In this document: positions 50,132-59,615 of the stretch, piece after piece | Position numbering within the stretch: the first letter of the stretch is position 1 | Layout: every line of letters starts with the position of its first letter | Origin: Halobacteriota archaeon | GTDB lineage: Archaea > Halobacteriota > Syntropharchaeia > DAOWMC01 | Reading direction: 5' to 3' | Assembly: GCA_034189535.1 (NCBI GenBank) | Contig: JAXHUQ010000001.1 | Location: 67 to 64,066 of the forward strand | DNA: 64,000 bases | Made by a program: the position numbers and the translations under genes | The notes under the pieces: generated by a model | What the model was told of the DNA's origin: nothing | Database searches by the model: none | The model's input: the letters and a program-made list of their open reading frames with translations, nothing else

Positions 50132-51517
50132 GTGTCTGAAGAAAAAAATGATATTTTTGAGGCAATATTTAATCCAAAATCAGTAGCTGTTGTTGGAGCA
50201 AGTTCAAATGTGAGAAAGGGTGGTCACAGAAGGTTTGTGGCCATACTTGAGAACTATAAAGGGAACCTCTATCCTGTAAATCCAAAGGAGGATGAGGTTG
50301 CAGGAATAAAAGCCTACACAAGTGTTTTAGAAGTTCCTGAGGATCTTGACCAGGTTATCATCTCAATTCCCTCAGGTGGCGTTCCCGCAGTTATGGAAGA
50401 ATGTGTGAAGAAAGGTGTAAAGATTGTTACTGTCTTCACATCTGGTTTCAGCGAATCTGGCGAGGAAGGGAGAGTTCTTGAGCGCGATATCGTTGGTATT
50501 GCACGCAAAGGGGATACACGTGTTGTCGGTCCCAACTGTATCGGTGTTTATTGCCCTTATAGTGGCCTATCATTCTACCCTACCCTTCCCAAAGAGGAAG
50601 GTGATATTGCATTTGTTTCTCAGAGTGGCGGTCTTGCAATGGTCTTTGTTCAGACAGGTACGCTCTATAATCTTGGATATAGCCGGGTGATCAGCTTCGG
50701 AAATGCAGCCGATCTCGACTGCACGGACTATTTTGAGTATCTTACAAATGATCCCAAGACCGAGATCGTAGGCGCTTACCTGGAGGGTGTGAAGGATGGG
50801 AGAAGGTTCACAGAAGTTATTGGAAAACTTGCAAAAAAGAAACCACTCATCATCTGGAAGGTTGGTAGAACCGAAGTTGGTGCAAGGGCGATATCCTCTC
50901 ACACAGGATCTATTGCAGGTGAAGATCGCATCTGGGACGGTCTCTTCAGGCAGCACTGTGTGGTCAGGGTAAGTAGCTTCGATGAGATGATCGATACTGT
51001 TATGCTCTTCAAGTTTGCGCCCTCGGTTGGCCCAAGGATTGCAATTATCACTATTGGTGGCGGTGCAGGGGTTGCGACTGCGGATATCTGTTCCAGTATG
51101 GGGCTTGAGATGGCGACCTTCAGTTCACACACGTCCGAAGAATTAAGAAAGGTTGTTCCTGCGGCCGGAACCAGCGTAAAAAACCCGGTCGATCTTGCAG
51201 CAACAGCACTTAACCCTTCTGCGATGAGAAGGGTGATGGAGCTGGTCTCGGAAGACGAATCTGTAGATACAATTATGACTCTGGGACTTCCTGATGCGAC
51301 AATGAGTCTTTTTGTGAGGGAGTTGAATCGCTTCAAAGGAGGTAAACCGCTCATTGTTATAGCGCCGATATCATCCGAGGCGAGCATAAAGGCCCACAAG
51401 ACTATCTCAAAGGGATATATTCCTGTATATTCAAGCGAGGAGAGGGCGGCAAGGGCGATTTCTAATGTAGTCTGGTACAACGAAAAGTTAGGAAGGTATT
51501 TTAAAGGTGGTCCTTAA
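50132..51517 (+). CDS. acdA: ADP-forming acetyl-CoA synthetase, alpha/CoA-binding subunit
   Basis: 'PKSVAVVGASSN' CoA-binding motif and succinyl-CoA-synthetase-like flavodoxin domain; about 460 aa. Confidence 0.7.
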   Translation: MSEEKNDIFEAIFNPKSVAVVGASSNVRKGGHRRFVAILENYKGNLYPVNPKEDEVAGIKAYTSVLEVPEDLDQVIISIPSGGVPAVMEECVKKGVKIVTVFTSGFSESGEEGRVLERDIVGIARKGDTRVVGPNCIGVYCPYSGLSFYPTLPKEEGDIAFVSQSGGLAMVFVQTGTLYNLGYSRVISFGNAADLDCTDYFEYLTNDPKTEIVGAYLEGVKDGRRFTEVIGKLAKKKPLIIWKVGRTEVGARAISSHTGSIAGEDRIWDGLFRQHCVVRVSSFDEMIDTVMLFKFAPSVGPRIAIITIGGGAGVATADICSSMGLEMATFSSHTSEELRKVVPAAGTSVKNPVDLAATALNPSAMRRVMELVSEDESVDTIMTLGLPDATMSLFVRELNRFKGGKPLIVIAPISSEASIKAHKTISKGYIPVYSSEERAARAISNVVWYNEKLGRYFKGGP

Positions 51518-51599
51518 ATGCCTGGATGATTTGGCCCGGAACAAAACCTCATGAGATAAACGCAGTTGTTTATTATGATCCATAGTAAGGTTCCAACGA

Positions 51600-51990
51600 T
51601 TGAATGTGTACTTCGTGGCTGTCCCTAATCTGGCATCAATCAAGACGATCTTGAGGGTTTTGAAATGAGTCCTTACGATACCATTTGCCTTTACCCGAAG
51701 TTGCGACCGAAGGTGTCAATTTGGGTGAAGCGACCAACAGGAGTGAAACCAGGTGACGGCTGTTGTATGCAGTATGTCAACCTTAGTATGGTCTAATCCA
51801 TCTTCTTTATTATAAGCCATTTCAAGTACAGATTTGCCATCAGGCATCAATACACATAATATTTCTTTTAATGCTTTATTTGGTTCGGGCCAGAAAAAAT
51901 GTCTCAATTGCAGCGATTGCTGCGAATTCATTATCTTGCTAAGGTTGTCAAAGAATCCAGTGGGTTTTGCAAATTGTGACATTATTACCT
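51600..51990 (-). pseudogene. Degraded IS630/Tc1-mariner-like transposase remnant (C-terminal DDE region only)
   Basis: 'FFDNLSKIMN...FFWPEPNKALKEI' resembles the 'LDNASIH...LPPYSPDLNPIE' DDE block; the reading frame is broken upstream. Confidence 0.35.
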
Positions 51991-52191
51991 CTTCGATTTA
52001 AATATTTTAAATTTGGCGGGCATATTCCATAAAACGTCTGGCGGATTTATAACGTTTTTGCAGTAGCGATAGCAGAGATAAAAAATGTGGCGAAGCCCGA
52101 AGCGACCATCTAAAGGGGAGCATTTATGCACTCTTGTACGATGTTAACCCGACTCCTTAATAAATCGCCAACCATGTTTATCCTATTTGTT

Positions 52192-52839
52192 TTATTCAAG
52201 AAATGCTCGTACAGCAATTGAAAATTCCTCCTGAGATGCCCTATACTCCTTATTTTTCCTGGGAAACTGGTCATCGAAAATTTCGACTTCGGAAGCATCT
52301 AGCTCATACACTGAACTGTAATAAAATTTCCACTTCTTCCCTTCAAAAATTCCTTTTTCAAGCTCAAGTACCAGTTGACCATACGGAAAATTTCCTTCAC
52401 CATTACTTATATTGAAATCAATGGAATTTTTAAAACCGTGTTTACAATAATTATGAGGGTGACCGAAAATGATGATTGCATTCAATTTATCTCTTAAAGC
52501 AATCTCTTTTGTGTAATTTATCAATGCGGTACCGATACCTTTTCTTTGATATTCAGGTAAAACAGATAAAGGCCCGAAGGTGATTGTTTCAATTTTATTT
52601 TGATCTTCATCTACCACAAAGGATTTTGTGTACATTATGCTACCAACAACTTTACCTTCAATTTCGGCCACATAATCCAACTCCCGGATAAAATCAGGAT
52701 GTTTTCTCAAGCAATGTACAAGGTAATGCTCTTCGCATCCGGGAACATTCAAATTCCAAAATGCTTCCCTTGTAATCTCTTCAACAACTCGATGGTCAGT
52801 TTCTTCTTCTCTTCTAATAGTTATATTCATTTCAGTCAT
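52192..52839 (-). CDS. GNAT-family N-acetyltransferase
   Basis: 'QRKGIGTALINYTKEIA' acetyl-CoA-binding motif. Confidence 0.7.
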   Translation of the reverse strand: MTEMNITIRREEETDHRVVEEITREAFWNLNVPGCEEHYLVHCLRKHPDFIRELDYVAEIEGKVVGSIMYTKSFVVDEDQNKIETITFGPLSVLPEYQRKGIGTALINYTKEIALRDKLNAIIIFGHPHNYCKHGFKNSIDFNISNGEGNFPYGQLVLELEKGIFEGKKWKFYYSSVYELDASEVEIFDDQFPRKNKEYRASQEEFSIAVRAFLE

Positions 52840-53010
52840 CCTTTTTCTGATTCATCACTACTTCGGAATGTAAACTTTTATACATCCCTCAATTGACTTT
52901 TGAGTGAAAAATCAACAACCATTGATGGAACGGATAGTGAAAAGTATTGTTAGAGGAGTACTTAATAGTTTCCACAAGCTTTTTGCAAAGCGTATAGACC
53001 CTAATATCAG

Positions 53011-53281
53011 AAATAACGCAGTATACTATGAAAAAGAAGTTTGATGCCGGACAGAGGATTCTATGACGTCAGCGTAGTAAATATGTTGAAAAAATGTGAT
53101 ATAAACTACTGTTTATAAAACACCGGGCTAAAACCACCTGATCAACGATAGCTATAGTCGGATCCCAATTTCCCCCACATCCAAGACGTTATTTTGGGAC
53201 GGTTAAGGGTTGAATCCTCAGACAAAACAGAGATAGCTGTGCCATCAATTCTCAAGATTTTTGTTACTTGTCGAAGTACTG
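53011..53281. repeat. Copy B of the roughly 270-bp non-coding element
   Basis: About 93% identity to 101..370 in the same orientation. Confidence 0.8.
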
Positions 53282-53343
53282 ATAAATTAAAAATTCGCTA
53301 CATTTTTGCTTATTAAAATAGACACATTATCAAGGAACTGCAG

Positions 53344-54510
53344 ATGACTAGTAACAAACCGGAGACCGAGGAGATGCTGAAAAGCCTCCTCGATTTGACC
53401 GACCCCAGATTGACAAAAGCATTCTTTTCATGGGCACAGGATAATCCAAGGTATATGCAGACTTTTATACGCCTGATCCGAACACATTACAAGACAAGGA
53501 AACTGCGTGCCGATTGTAGGGCAGAGGGAGTCGTTGTACCCGCTTTTTTAATTCTCAGCATAACATCTCAATGTAACCTTGGTTGTGCAGGATGCTTTGC
53601 AGCAGCCACGGGTACCCTATCAGATAGTGATACAAAAAGAGATCCGCTAGATTACGATCAGTGGAAAAAGATACTTACAGAGGCTTCGGATATGGGAGTT
53701 TTCTTCTTTGTCATCGCAGGGGGAGAACCTTTCATGTATCAGAGAGTGCTGGATCTTTGTGAATCTTTTGACGATAGGTTCTTTCTCATCATAACAAACG
53801 CAACTGCGATCAAAGAGGATGATTATGAGCATCTTAAGCACATCTCAAACGTTGCAATAATAGCAAGCATAGAGGGTGACAAGTCACTAACTGATGATAG
53901 ACGTGGAAATGGCACCTATGATAAGGCGATGACGTCACTTAATTACCTCCAAGATATCGGGGCTCTGACAGGGATATCCGTTACAATAACCAGGATGAAT
54001 TATGAGTACTGGATGAAAGAGGAGCATCTTGACACCTTCGTAGAGGACGGTGTAAGACTCATAGCATTCCTTGAATATATCCCTCTTTCATCATCTAGTG
54101 ATGAAGATGGTAGTGATCACTTCCTAATGCTCACGTCAGACGAACGTAAAGAATTCCGCTCAAGGATACTCGACTATCGGAAGAGAAAGCAAGTATATAT
54201 CATCCATTCCCCTGGAGATGAAGAGTTCTTTGGAGGATGCGTTTCCGCAGGAAGGGGATTTGCGCATATAACACCTTCAGGAGACCTGACCCCTTGCCCG
54301 ATTTCAAACATCGCCACTCACAACCTGACCAAGTCCACACTTCGTGAAGGACTTGCAAGTCAGCTCTTCGAGGAGATACGAAGAGATGATCGTCTTCTTG
54401 AGACGGATGGTATGCCATGTGCACTATTTGCTCACCCAAAAGAGGTGGATGCTCTTGCAAAATCTGTGGGCGCTTATAGAACCGGATACAAGGGAAAGCA
54501 CTTGCCTTGA
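53344..54510 (+). CDS. Radical SAM protein with a SPASM/twitch-like C-terminal domain and a 75-aa N-terminal extension
   Basis: 'CNLGCAGC' Cx3Cx2C; 'GGCVSAGRGFAHITPSGDLTPCP' SPASM-like. Confidence 0.6.
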   Translation: MTSNKPETEEMLKSLLDLTDPRLTKAFFSWAQDNPRYMQTFIRLIRTHYKTRKLRADCRAEGVVVPAFLILSITSQCNLGCAGCFAAATGTLSDSDTKRDPLDYDQWKKILTEASDMGVFFFVIAGGEPFMYQRVLDLCESFDDRFFLIITNATAIKEDDYEHLKHISNVAIIASIEGDKSLTDDRRGNGTYDKAMTSLNYLQDIGALTGISVTITRMNYEYWMKEEHLDTFVEDGVRLIAFLEYIPLSSSSDEDGSDHFLMLTSDERKEFRSRILDYRKRKQVYIIHSPGDEEFFGGCVSAGRGFAHITPSGDLTPCPISNIATHNLTKSTLREGLASQLFEEIRRDDRLLETDGMPCALFAHPKEVDALAKSVGAYRTGYKGKHLP

Positions 54511-54699
54511 AACCGTAATGTTTTGTTAGAAATCGGCCCAACACCATCGTTACCTTTTTGATAAATAAGGCTATTACAAGATGAGGTGTGCAAGACCTCT
54601 TTGCCAGAAGAATGAAAGGTGCACACAACTCGTTTACCAGAGAGATTCTGAAGATCGCTTCCGATCCTAAGAGATGCTGCAATAAAAAACGATGTAGCA

Positions 54700-54834
54700 T
54701 CTGTTCCAGGAATAGCTTTTTATGCCGGAGAGGTTGACGAAGGCACATTCAGACTGAACTTCTCAAATACGAGTGAAGAAGTGATAAAAGAGGGAATCAA
54801 AAGACTCGGATGCATCATGAAAGACTTAATTTAG
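54700..54834 (+). pseudogene. About 45-codon C-terminal remnant of an aminotransferase gene
   Basis: 'GIAFYAGEVDEGTFRLNFSNTSEEVIKEGIKRLGCIMKDLI*' is a typical class-I aminotransferase C-terminus, preceded by in-frame stops. Confidence 0.5.
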
Positions 54835-54898
54835 GGTAAAAGGATTTCACCAAAAACTATATAATCTTATAAGTTAGATGTACCTATAAGTTTTAGGT

Positions 54899-55150
54899 AT
54901 GCCTAAATATTCGGAGAATAATATGGAAACTTCACTGATAGATATGGAAAACGGCGATTCGGGTAAGATTAAACGCATCACAGGAGGGTATGGTCAACAG
55001 AGACATATGAGGTCACTGGGTGTTCGTGAGGGAAAAGAGATAAATATCGTTGCAAAACAACCAATAGGTGGCCCGATAATCGTTGACATTGGTGGGAACA
55101 GAATCGCCATAGGAAGAGGTATGGCTAATCGAGTTATGGTGGAAACGTAA
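54899..55150 (+). CDS. feoA: Ferrous iron transport protein A
   Basis: FeoA SH3-like 'GDSGKIKRITGG...RHMRSLGVREGKEINIV...GPIIVDIGGNRIAIGRGMA'. Confidence 0.8.
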   Translation: MPKYSENNMETSLIDMENGDSGKIKRITGGYGQQRHMRSLGVREGKEINIVAKQPIGGPIIVDIGGNRIAIGRGMANRVMVET

Positions 55151-55151
55151 A

Positions 55152-56861
55152 ATGAATATACTGCTCATGGGTAATCCCAATGTCGGTAAGAGTGTAATAT
55201 TTTCAAGGCTTACCGGGGTAAATGTCATCTCATCAAACTATCCCGGAACAACAGTCGGTTTCAAGGAAGGAACAGTTAAGTTTGGTGGTGAGAAAGCCAG
55301 GTTGATCGATGTTCCCGGTTCTTACACGCTAAATCCCACGTCCAGTGCAGAAGAGGTTGCAGTCGAGATGCTTGATAAGGGAGATATCGTTATCAATGTA
55401 GTTGATGCAACAAACCTTGAGCGAAACCTTCACCTCACTCTTGAACTTCTGGAATATGGTTTACCAACAATTATTGTCCTCAATCTATGGGACGAGACCA
55501 AGCACAAAGGGATAACAATTGATATTGATAAACTTAGGGAACACCTCGGTGTGCCCGTAATACCGACGGTTGCGGTTACCGGTGAAGGGATAAAGGAGCT
55601 GATGGGATCAACTCCTGAGAGGCCGACACATCCCAGACGGACTGAGGACGAGAGATGGGGCGAGATAGGAAGAATAATCGGGGAGGTACAGACAGTAACG
55701 CATCACCATCATACGATCCTGGAGTTACTTGGTGATGCAAGTATCAAGCCCTTGAGTGGAGCAGTTATTGCTGTCATGGTCATGGCAATAACATTTGAAT
55801 TTATAAGACTAATCGGAGAGGGACTCATAAATTTTGTATTTGATCCGTTATTTGAGATATATTATAAACCACTGATGATGCAGCTTGGAACTGCTCTTGG
55901 TGAAGGTATCTTATTTGACTTGGTGATAGGAACTCTGATCGGAAGTGAGATAGATTTTGTTCAGTCCATGGGTCTACTTACTACCGGTCTTTATGTTCCT
56001 TTTGCAATGGTCTTGCCCTATGTCTTTTCTTTTTATCTGGGCCTGGGACTACTCGAGGACAGTGGATACTTACCAAGGCTTGCGGTCCTAGTCGATACCA
56101 TAATGCACAGGATTGGATTGCACGGACTATCGATTATTCCCATGTTCCTCGGACTTGGTTGTAATGTACCAGGTGCACTCTCGACAAGAGTCCTTGAGAC
56201 GAAGAAACAAAGATTCATAGCATCAACCCTGATGGCAGTTGCAATCCCGTGTATAGCCCAGATCGCAATGATTGCTGGGCTTGTTGGCCAGTATGGGGCT
56301 ATGGGATTCGGTGTGGTATTTCTCACCCTATTTCTTGTATGGCTCACACTCGGGCTGATACTCAGCAGAATTATAAAAGGAGAGAGCCCTGAGATATTTC
56401 TTGAAATACCTCCTTACAGGATTCCGGTCCTTGTGGCTACATTAAAAAAGCTTTGGATGAGAATTAGAAGCTTTCTCATGGATGCAATACCTTTCATGCT
56501 GCTTGGGGTTCTGATAATCAATGGGCTATACTCATTTGGGATAATCCGATTCATCGGTGATCTCACCGAACCTGTTATAACCGGCCTTCTCGGCCTTCCT
56601 TCAGAGGCAGTTGGTGCATTGGTTGTCGGTTTTCTCAGAAAGGATGTGGCAATTGGTATGCTTATGCCACTTAACCTAAATATGAATCAGGCTATTGTCG
56701 CAAGTGTCGTTCTCGCAATGTACTTCCCATGCGTTGCAACTTTTGTTGTGATGGTAAGGGAGCTAGGTGTAGTTGATATGCTCAAATCTTCTGTGATTAT
56801 GATCCTATCTGCCTTTATCGTTGGCGGACTACTAAATTTGATTTTGGGGGTGGCAACATAA
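55152..56861 (+). CDS. feoB: Ferrous iron transporter FeoB, short form (G-domain plus membrane domain)
   Basis: 'LMGNPNVGKSVIFSRLTG' G1, 'DVPGSYTL', 'NLWDE' and a polytopic membrane C-terminus with 'LEDSGYLPRLAVLVD'. Confidence 0.8.
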   Translation: MNILLMGNPNVGKSVIFSRLTGVNVISSNYPGTTVGFKEGTVKFGGEKARLIDVPGSYTLNPTSSAEEVAVEMLDKGDIVINVVDATNLERNLHLTLELLEYGLPTIIVLNLWDETKHKGITIDIDKLREHLGVPVIPTVAVTGEGIKELMGSTPERPTHPRRTEDERWGEIGRIIGEVQTVTHHHHTILELLGDASIKPLSGAVIAVMVMAITFEFIRLIGEGLINFVFDPLFEIYYKPLMMQLGTALGEGILFDLVIGTLIGSEIDFVQSMGLLTTGLYVPFAMVLPYVFSFYLGLGLLEDSGYLPRLAVLVDTIMHRIGLHGLSIIPMFLGLGCNVPGALSTRVLETKKQRFIASTLMAVAIPCIAQIAMIAGLVGQYGAMGFGVVFLTLFLVWLTLGLILSRIIKGESPEIFLEIPPYRIPVLVATLKKLWMRIRSFLMDAIPFMLLGVLIINGLYSFGIIRFIGDLTEPVITGLLGLPSEAVGALVVGFLRKDVAIGMLMPLNLNMNQAIVASVVLAMYFPCVATFVVMVRELGVVDMLKSSVIMILSAFIVGGLLNLILGVAT

Positions 56862-56890
56862 CCTCAAAGACTGTTGAAGATTACCTTGAA

Positions 56891-57298
56891 GTGATCTATG
56901 AGTTGATCGAAGAGAAGGGATATGCAAGAACTGTTGATATCTCATCCCGTCTCAATGTGCAGCCTCCCAGTGTCACCGAGATGATACAGCGGATGGACGT
57001 GGGAGGTTATCTAATCTACGAGAAGTATAGAGGTCTGAAACTCACCCGGAAGGGGAGGAACCTAGCAAAAGAGATAAGTGACAGACATAAGACTCTTGCT
57101 ACTTTTCTTAAGATACTGGGCGTGGATGAAGAGATAGCCGAAGTGGATGCATGCAATATAGAGCATAATGTTAATTCAGAGACTATGTTGCGACTGACAA
57201 AGTTTGTTGAGTTTGTGGAGAACTCAAATCATGATGGTTCATGGATAGAACATTTTAAACACTACGCCCTAACAGGTCAGTTTTTGTGTGAAGATTGA
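56891..57298 (+). CDS. DtxR/MntR-family metal-dependent transcriptional repressor (short form)
   Basis: 'VEDYLEVIYELIEEKGYARTVDISSRLNVQPPSVTEMIQRM' wHTH; the true start may lie upstream of the GTG. Confidence 0.7.
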   Translation: MIYELIEEKGYARTVDISSRLNVQPPSVTEMIQRMDVGGYLIYEKYRGLKLTRKGRNLAKEISDRHKTLATFLKILGVDEEIAEVDACNIEHNVNSETMLRLTKFVEFVENSNHDGSWIEHFKHYALTGQFLCED

Positions 57299-57309
57299 TT
57301 GTGATAGAT

Positions 57310-57756
57310 ATGTTGTCTAGGAAAGCCGAGGATTATCTTGAGGCGATCGTCAATATAATGGAGTTTAAGGGATATATCCGCGTAAAGGACATTGCGTCTT
57401 CGCTGGATGTTTCATCATCAAGTGTCGTTGAGATGATGAAAAAATTGGATTCAATGGGCCTTGTGATATATAAAAAGCATGATGGTATAAGATTGACGCC
57501 GAAAGGAGGAGAAATCGGAAGGATGGTGAAATTCCGCCATAAAACGATAAAAGACTTCCTTGAGATTATAGATGTACCTGAAGATATCGCCGATAAGGAT
57601 GCGTGCACGATGGAGCATAACCTCAATACAGAAACAGTAGAGCAGATCAAAAAATTGGTGGAATTTGTAAAAACCGCTCCAGATTATCCGCAATGGCTCG
57701 TTCATTTTCAGATATTCTGCAAGACCGGAGAACATGGATGCAAAAAAGATAAATAA
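57310..57756 (+). CDS. Second DtxR/MntR-family regulator in tandem
   Basis: 'AEDYLEAIVNIMEFKGYIRVKDIASSLDVSSSSVVEMMKKL'. Confidence 0.7.
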   Translation: MLSRKAEDYLEAIVNIMEFKGYIRVKDIASSLDVSSSSVVEMMKKLDSMGLVIYKKHDGIRLTPKGGEIGRMVKFRHKTIKDFLEIIDVPEDIADKDACTMEHNLNTETVEQIKKLVEFVKTAPDYPQWLVHFQIFCKTGEHGCKKDK

Positions 57757-57867
57757 TCATATTAATTCGGTTTTTTAACAAAATGTAATTGAATTAAGTT
57801 TTTAATCAAAAACCGAGCTTTTTTTGGGCACATTTTTTATCTACCTAACGGCATATTTAATTTTGGA

Positions 57868-58113
57868 GTGATCCGTATGAAGATTAAAAATAAAAGGGGA
57901 ACTTACTCAGACGATAGTGGTATGAAAGTAATGGCGTTACTGGAATTAATCGTTGACGAAGAAAAGATGGATCAGATATTATCTGAGGAAGTCGAGGCAC
58001 GTGGATTAGACCCGAATAGTTCCTTGGTAAAAGCAAGTAGGGAAGTAGCAATCATCGCTATCAGACCGATGCTTGAATGTATGTTGGGCTGTGTGAAATG
58101 CCAGATAAAGTAG
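57868..58113 (+). CDS. Small hypothetical protein
   Basis: 81-aa ORF between the two feo loci with no recognisable motif. Confidence 0.2.
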   Translation: MIRMKIKNKRGTYSDDSGMKVMALLELIVDEEKMDQILSEEVEARGLDPNSSLVKASREVAIIAIRPMLECMLGCVKCQIK

Positions 58114-58966
58114 GAGGCTATCGAATGGATGATATGATGAGAATGATAAGGGAGTTGATGACGCTCTTTGAGAAGGCGTCTGATGAGGATATCAGCAAAC
58201 TCAATGAAAAGCTGGAAGATATAAAGAATGATCTGGGTGATTGCTTTATTGAAGGTTGGGAGCTTTACAAGGTATCATAATCACAATAAAGGGGACGTTC
58301 AAATACCCGAAAGAAAGATATGGGGATTTGAGAGTTTTACTCTCTGCGGGCTTTTGGGGCTGGCCTTTGACGATGTGGGGATGGTTAAGATCTTCAAGAG
58401 ATTGAGAGAGAGGGGTCTTTTATGCCGTACATAAAAGAGAGCACAAAGCACTGAGACTCTATGATTTCTTATCCAGGCAATTGCCCGACCGAAACGTGGA
58501 AAACGTTCTATGCAAATTATAATCTGCCACCAAGCTGAACGATAAGCTTAAAAGAAACTTAGATAGTTCCAATCGGAAAAGAAAAGAGTTATTCTCAGAA
58601 ATAAATAAAAATAGGGTCTGATAAATCGAGGATTATCTCTGAGTTGGATGAAAAGAAGCAAAGAAGCGGTTAAATGATAAATTGATGGAAGATTTTGAGA
58701 ATATGGGTGGCAAAGATACTCTCAGCTATTTTCTTAGAAGCTCGAGTTTGACAACTCTCAGGAATGTATTAATTGATTTTGCTGGAGATCACAGTGAAGG
58801 TAATGTTGGATTGATCTCTGGATAAATGGTATGGTTAATATAGGTTTTTTCATCAGATACCAACTTTATTCGGCTTTTTATTAAAAATCAAGATTTTTTA
58901 GGGTATATTATTTATAAACCTAACAAGCATATGAAATGTTAGGGCAACCTAAAAGGTGAAGAAATT

Positions 58967-59194
58967 ATGGAAAAACGGTTAAGCGAGATGAACCCCAGAG
59001 AAAGAGGATCAATTACAAGAGTAACTGGTAAAGAGAACCGTAGGATTATGGAAATGGGGATCATCAGAGGGACTGAAATAGAAGTGGTGAGAGTTGCACC
59101 ACTTGGCGATCCTGTGGAGTTTCTTTTGAAGGATTATAATCTGACACTAAGACGAGATGAGGCAAAGAATGTATATGTGGAGGTGGAACATTGA
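58967..59194 (+). CDS. feoA: FeoA-family protein
   Basis: 'GSITRVTGKENRRIMEMGIIRGTEIEVVRVAPLGDPVEF'. Confidence 0.7.
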   Translation: MEKRLSEMNPRERGSITRVTGKENRRIMEMGIIRGTEIEVVRVAPLGDPVEFLLKDYNLTLRRDEAKNVYVEVEH

Positions 59195-59613
59195 GGACTG
59201 GTGGGCGAATTTCAGGTTATAGAAGGGTATTAAATCACTTTAATGGAAATATAAAACACATTCATGACGATATAGACCACCTAGGGGACAGTCATGGTGA
59301 CAATGAAGAGATTAAATCCCACCGGGATGATGTTGATTCACATCTGCACGATCTGATGGCACACGGTAAAGACCTTGGCAAGGCAATACCTTTAGCACTC
59401 CTCTCGGAAGGGGAAGAAGGTGAGGTCATCGGGTTTAATGGTGGAAGAGGCATGCTACAGAGATTGTCAGAAATGGGTTTTACACCATTAGAGAAGGTAA
59501 AAGTTATAAAATCAAATTCATCTGGTCCAGTGCTTGTTGATGTGAAAGGATCAAGGATAGCTCTCGGAAGGGGAGTAGCGATGAAGATCATTGTAAACGG
59601 AGTTGAGGTGTAA
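59191..59613 (+). CDS. FeoA-domain protein with a His/Asp-rich N-terminal extension
   Basis: N-term 'HIHDDIDHLGDSHGDNEEIKSHRDDVDSHLHDLMAHGKD' carries 9 His in 40 aa. The C-terminal FeoA domain is 'GEVIGFNGGRGMLQRLSEMGFTPLEKVKVI...GPVLVDVKGSRIALGRGVA'. Confidence 0.6.
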   Translation: MRTGGRISGYRRVLNHFNGNIKHIHDDIDHLGDSHGDNEEIKSHRDDVDSHLHDLMAHGKDLGKAIPLALLSEGEEGEVIGFNGGRGMLQRLSEMGFTPLEKVKVIKSNSSGPVLVDVKGSRIALGRGVAMKIIVNGVEV

Positions 59614-59615
59614 AA

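Noticed and set aside
54200-54748. 182-aa minus-strand ORF
   Set aside because: It overlaps the 3' end of the radical SAM gene and the aminotransferase remnant in antisense, with low-complexity L/H/Q-rich sequence.
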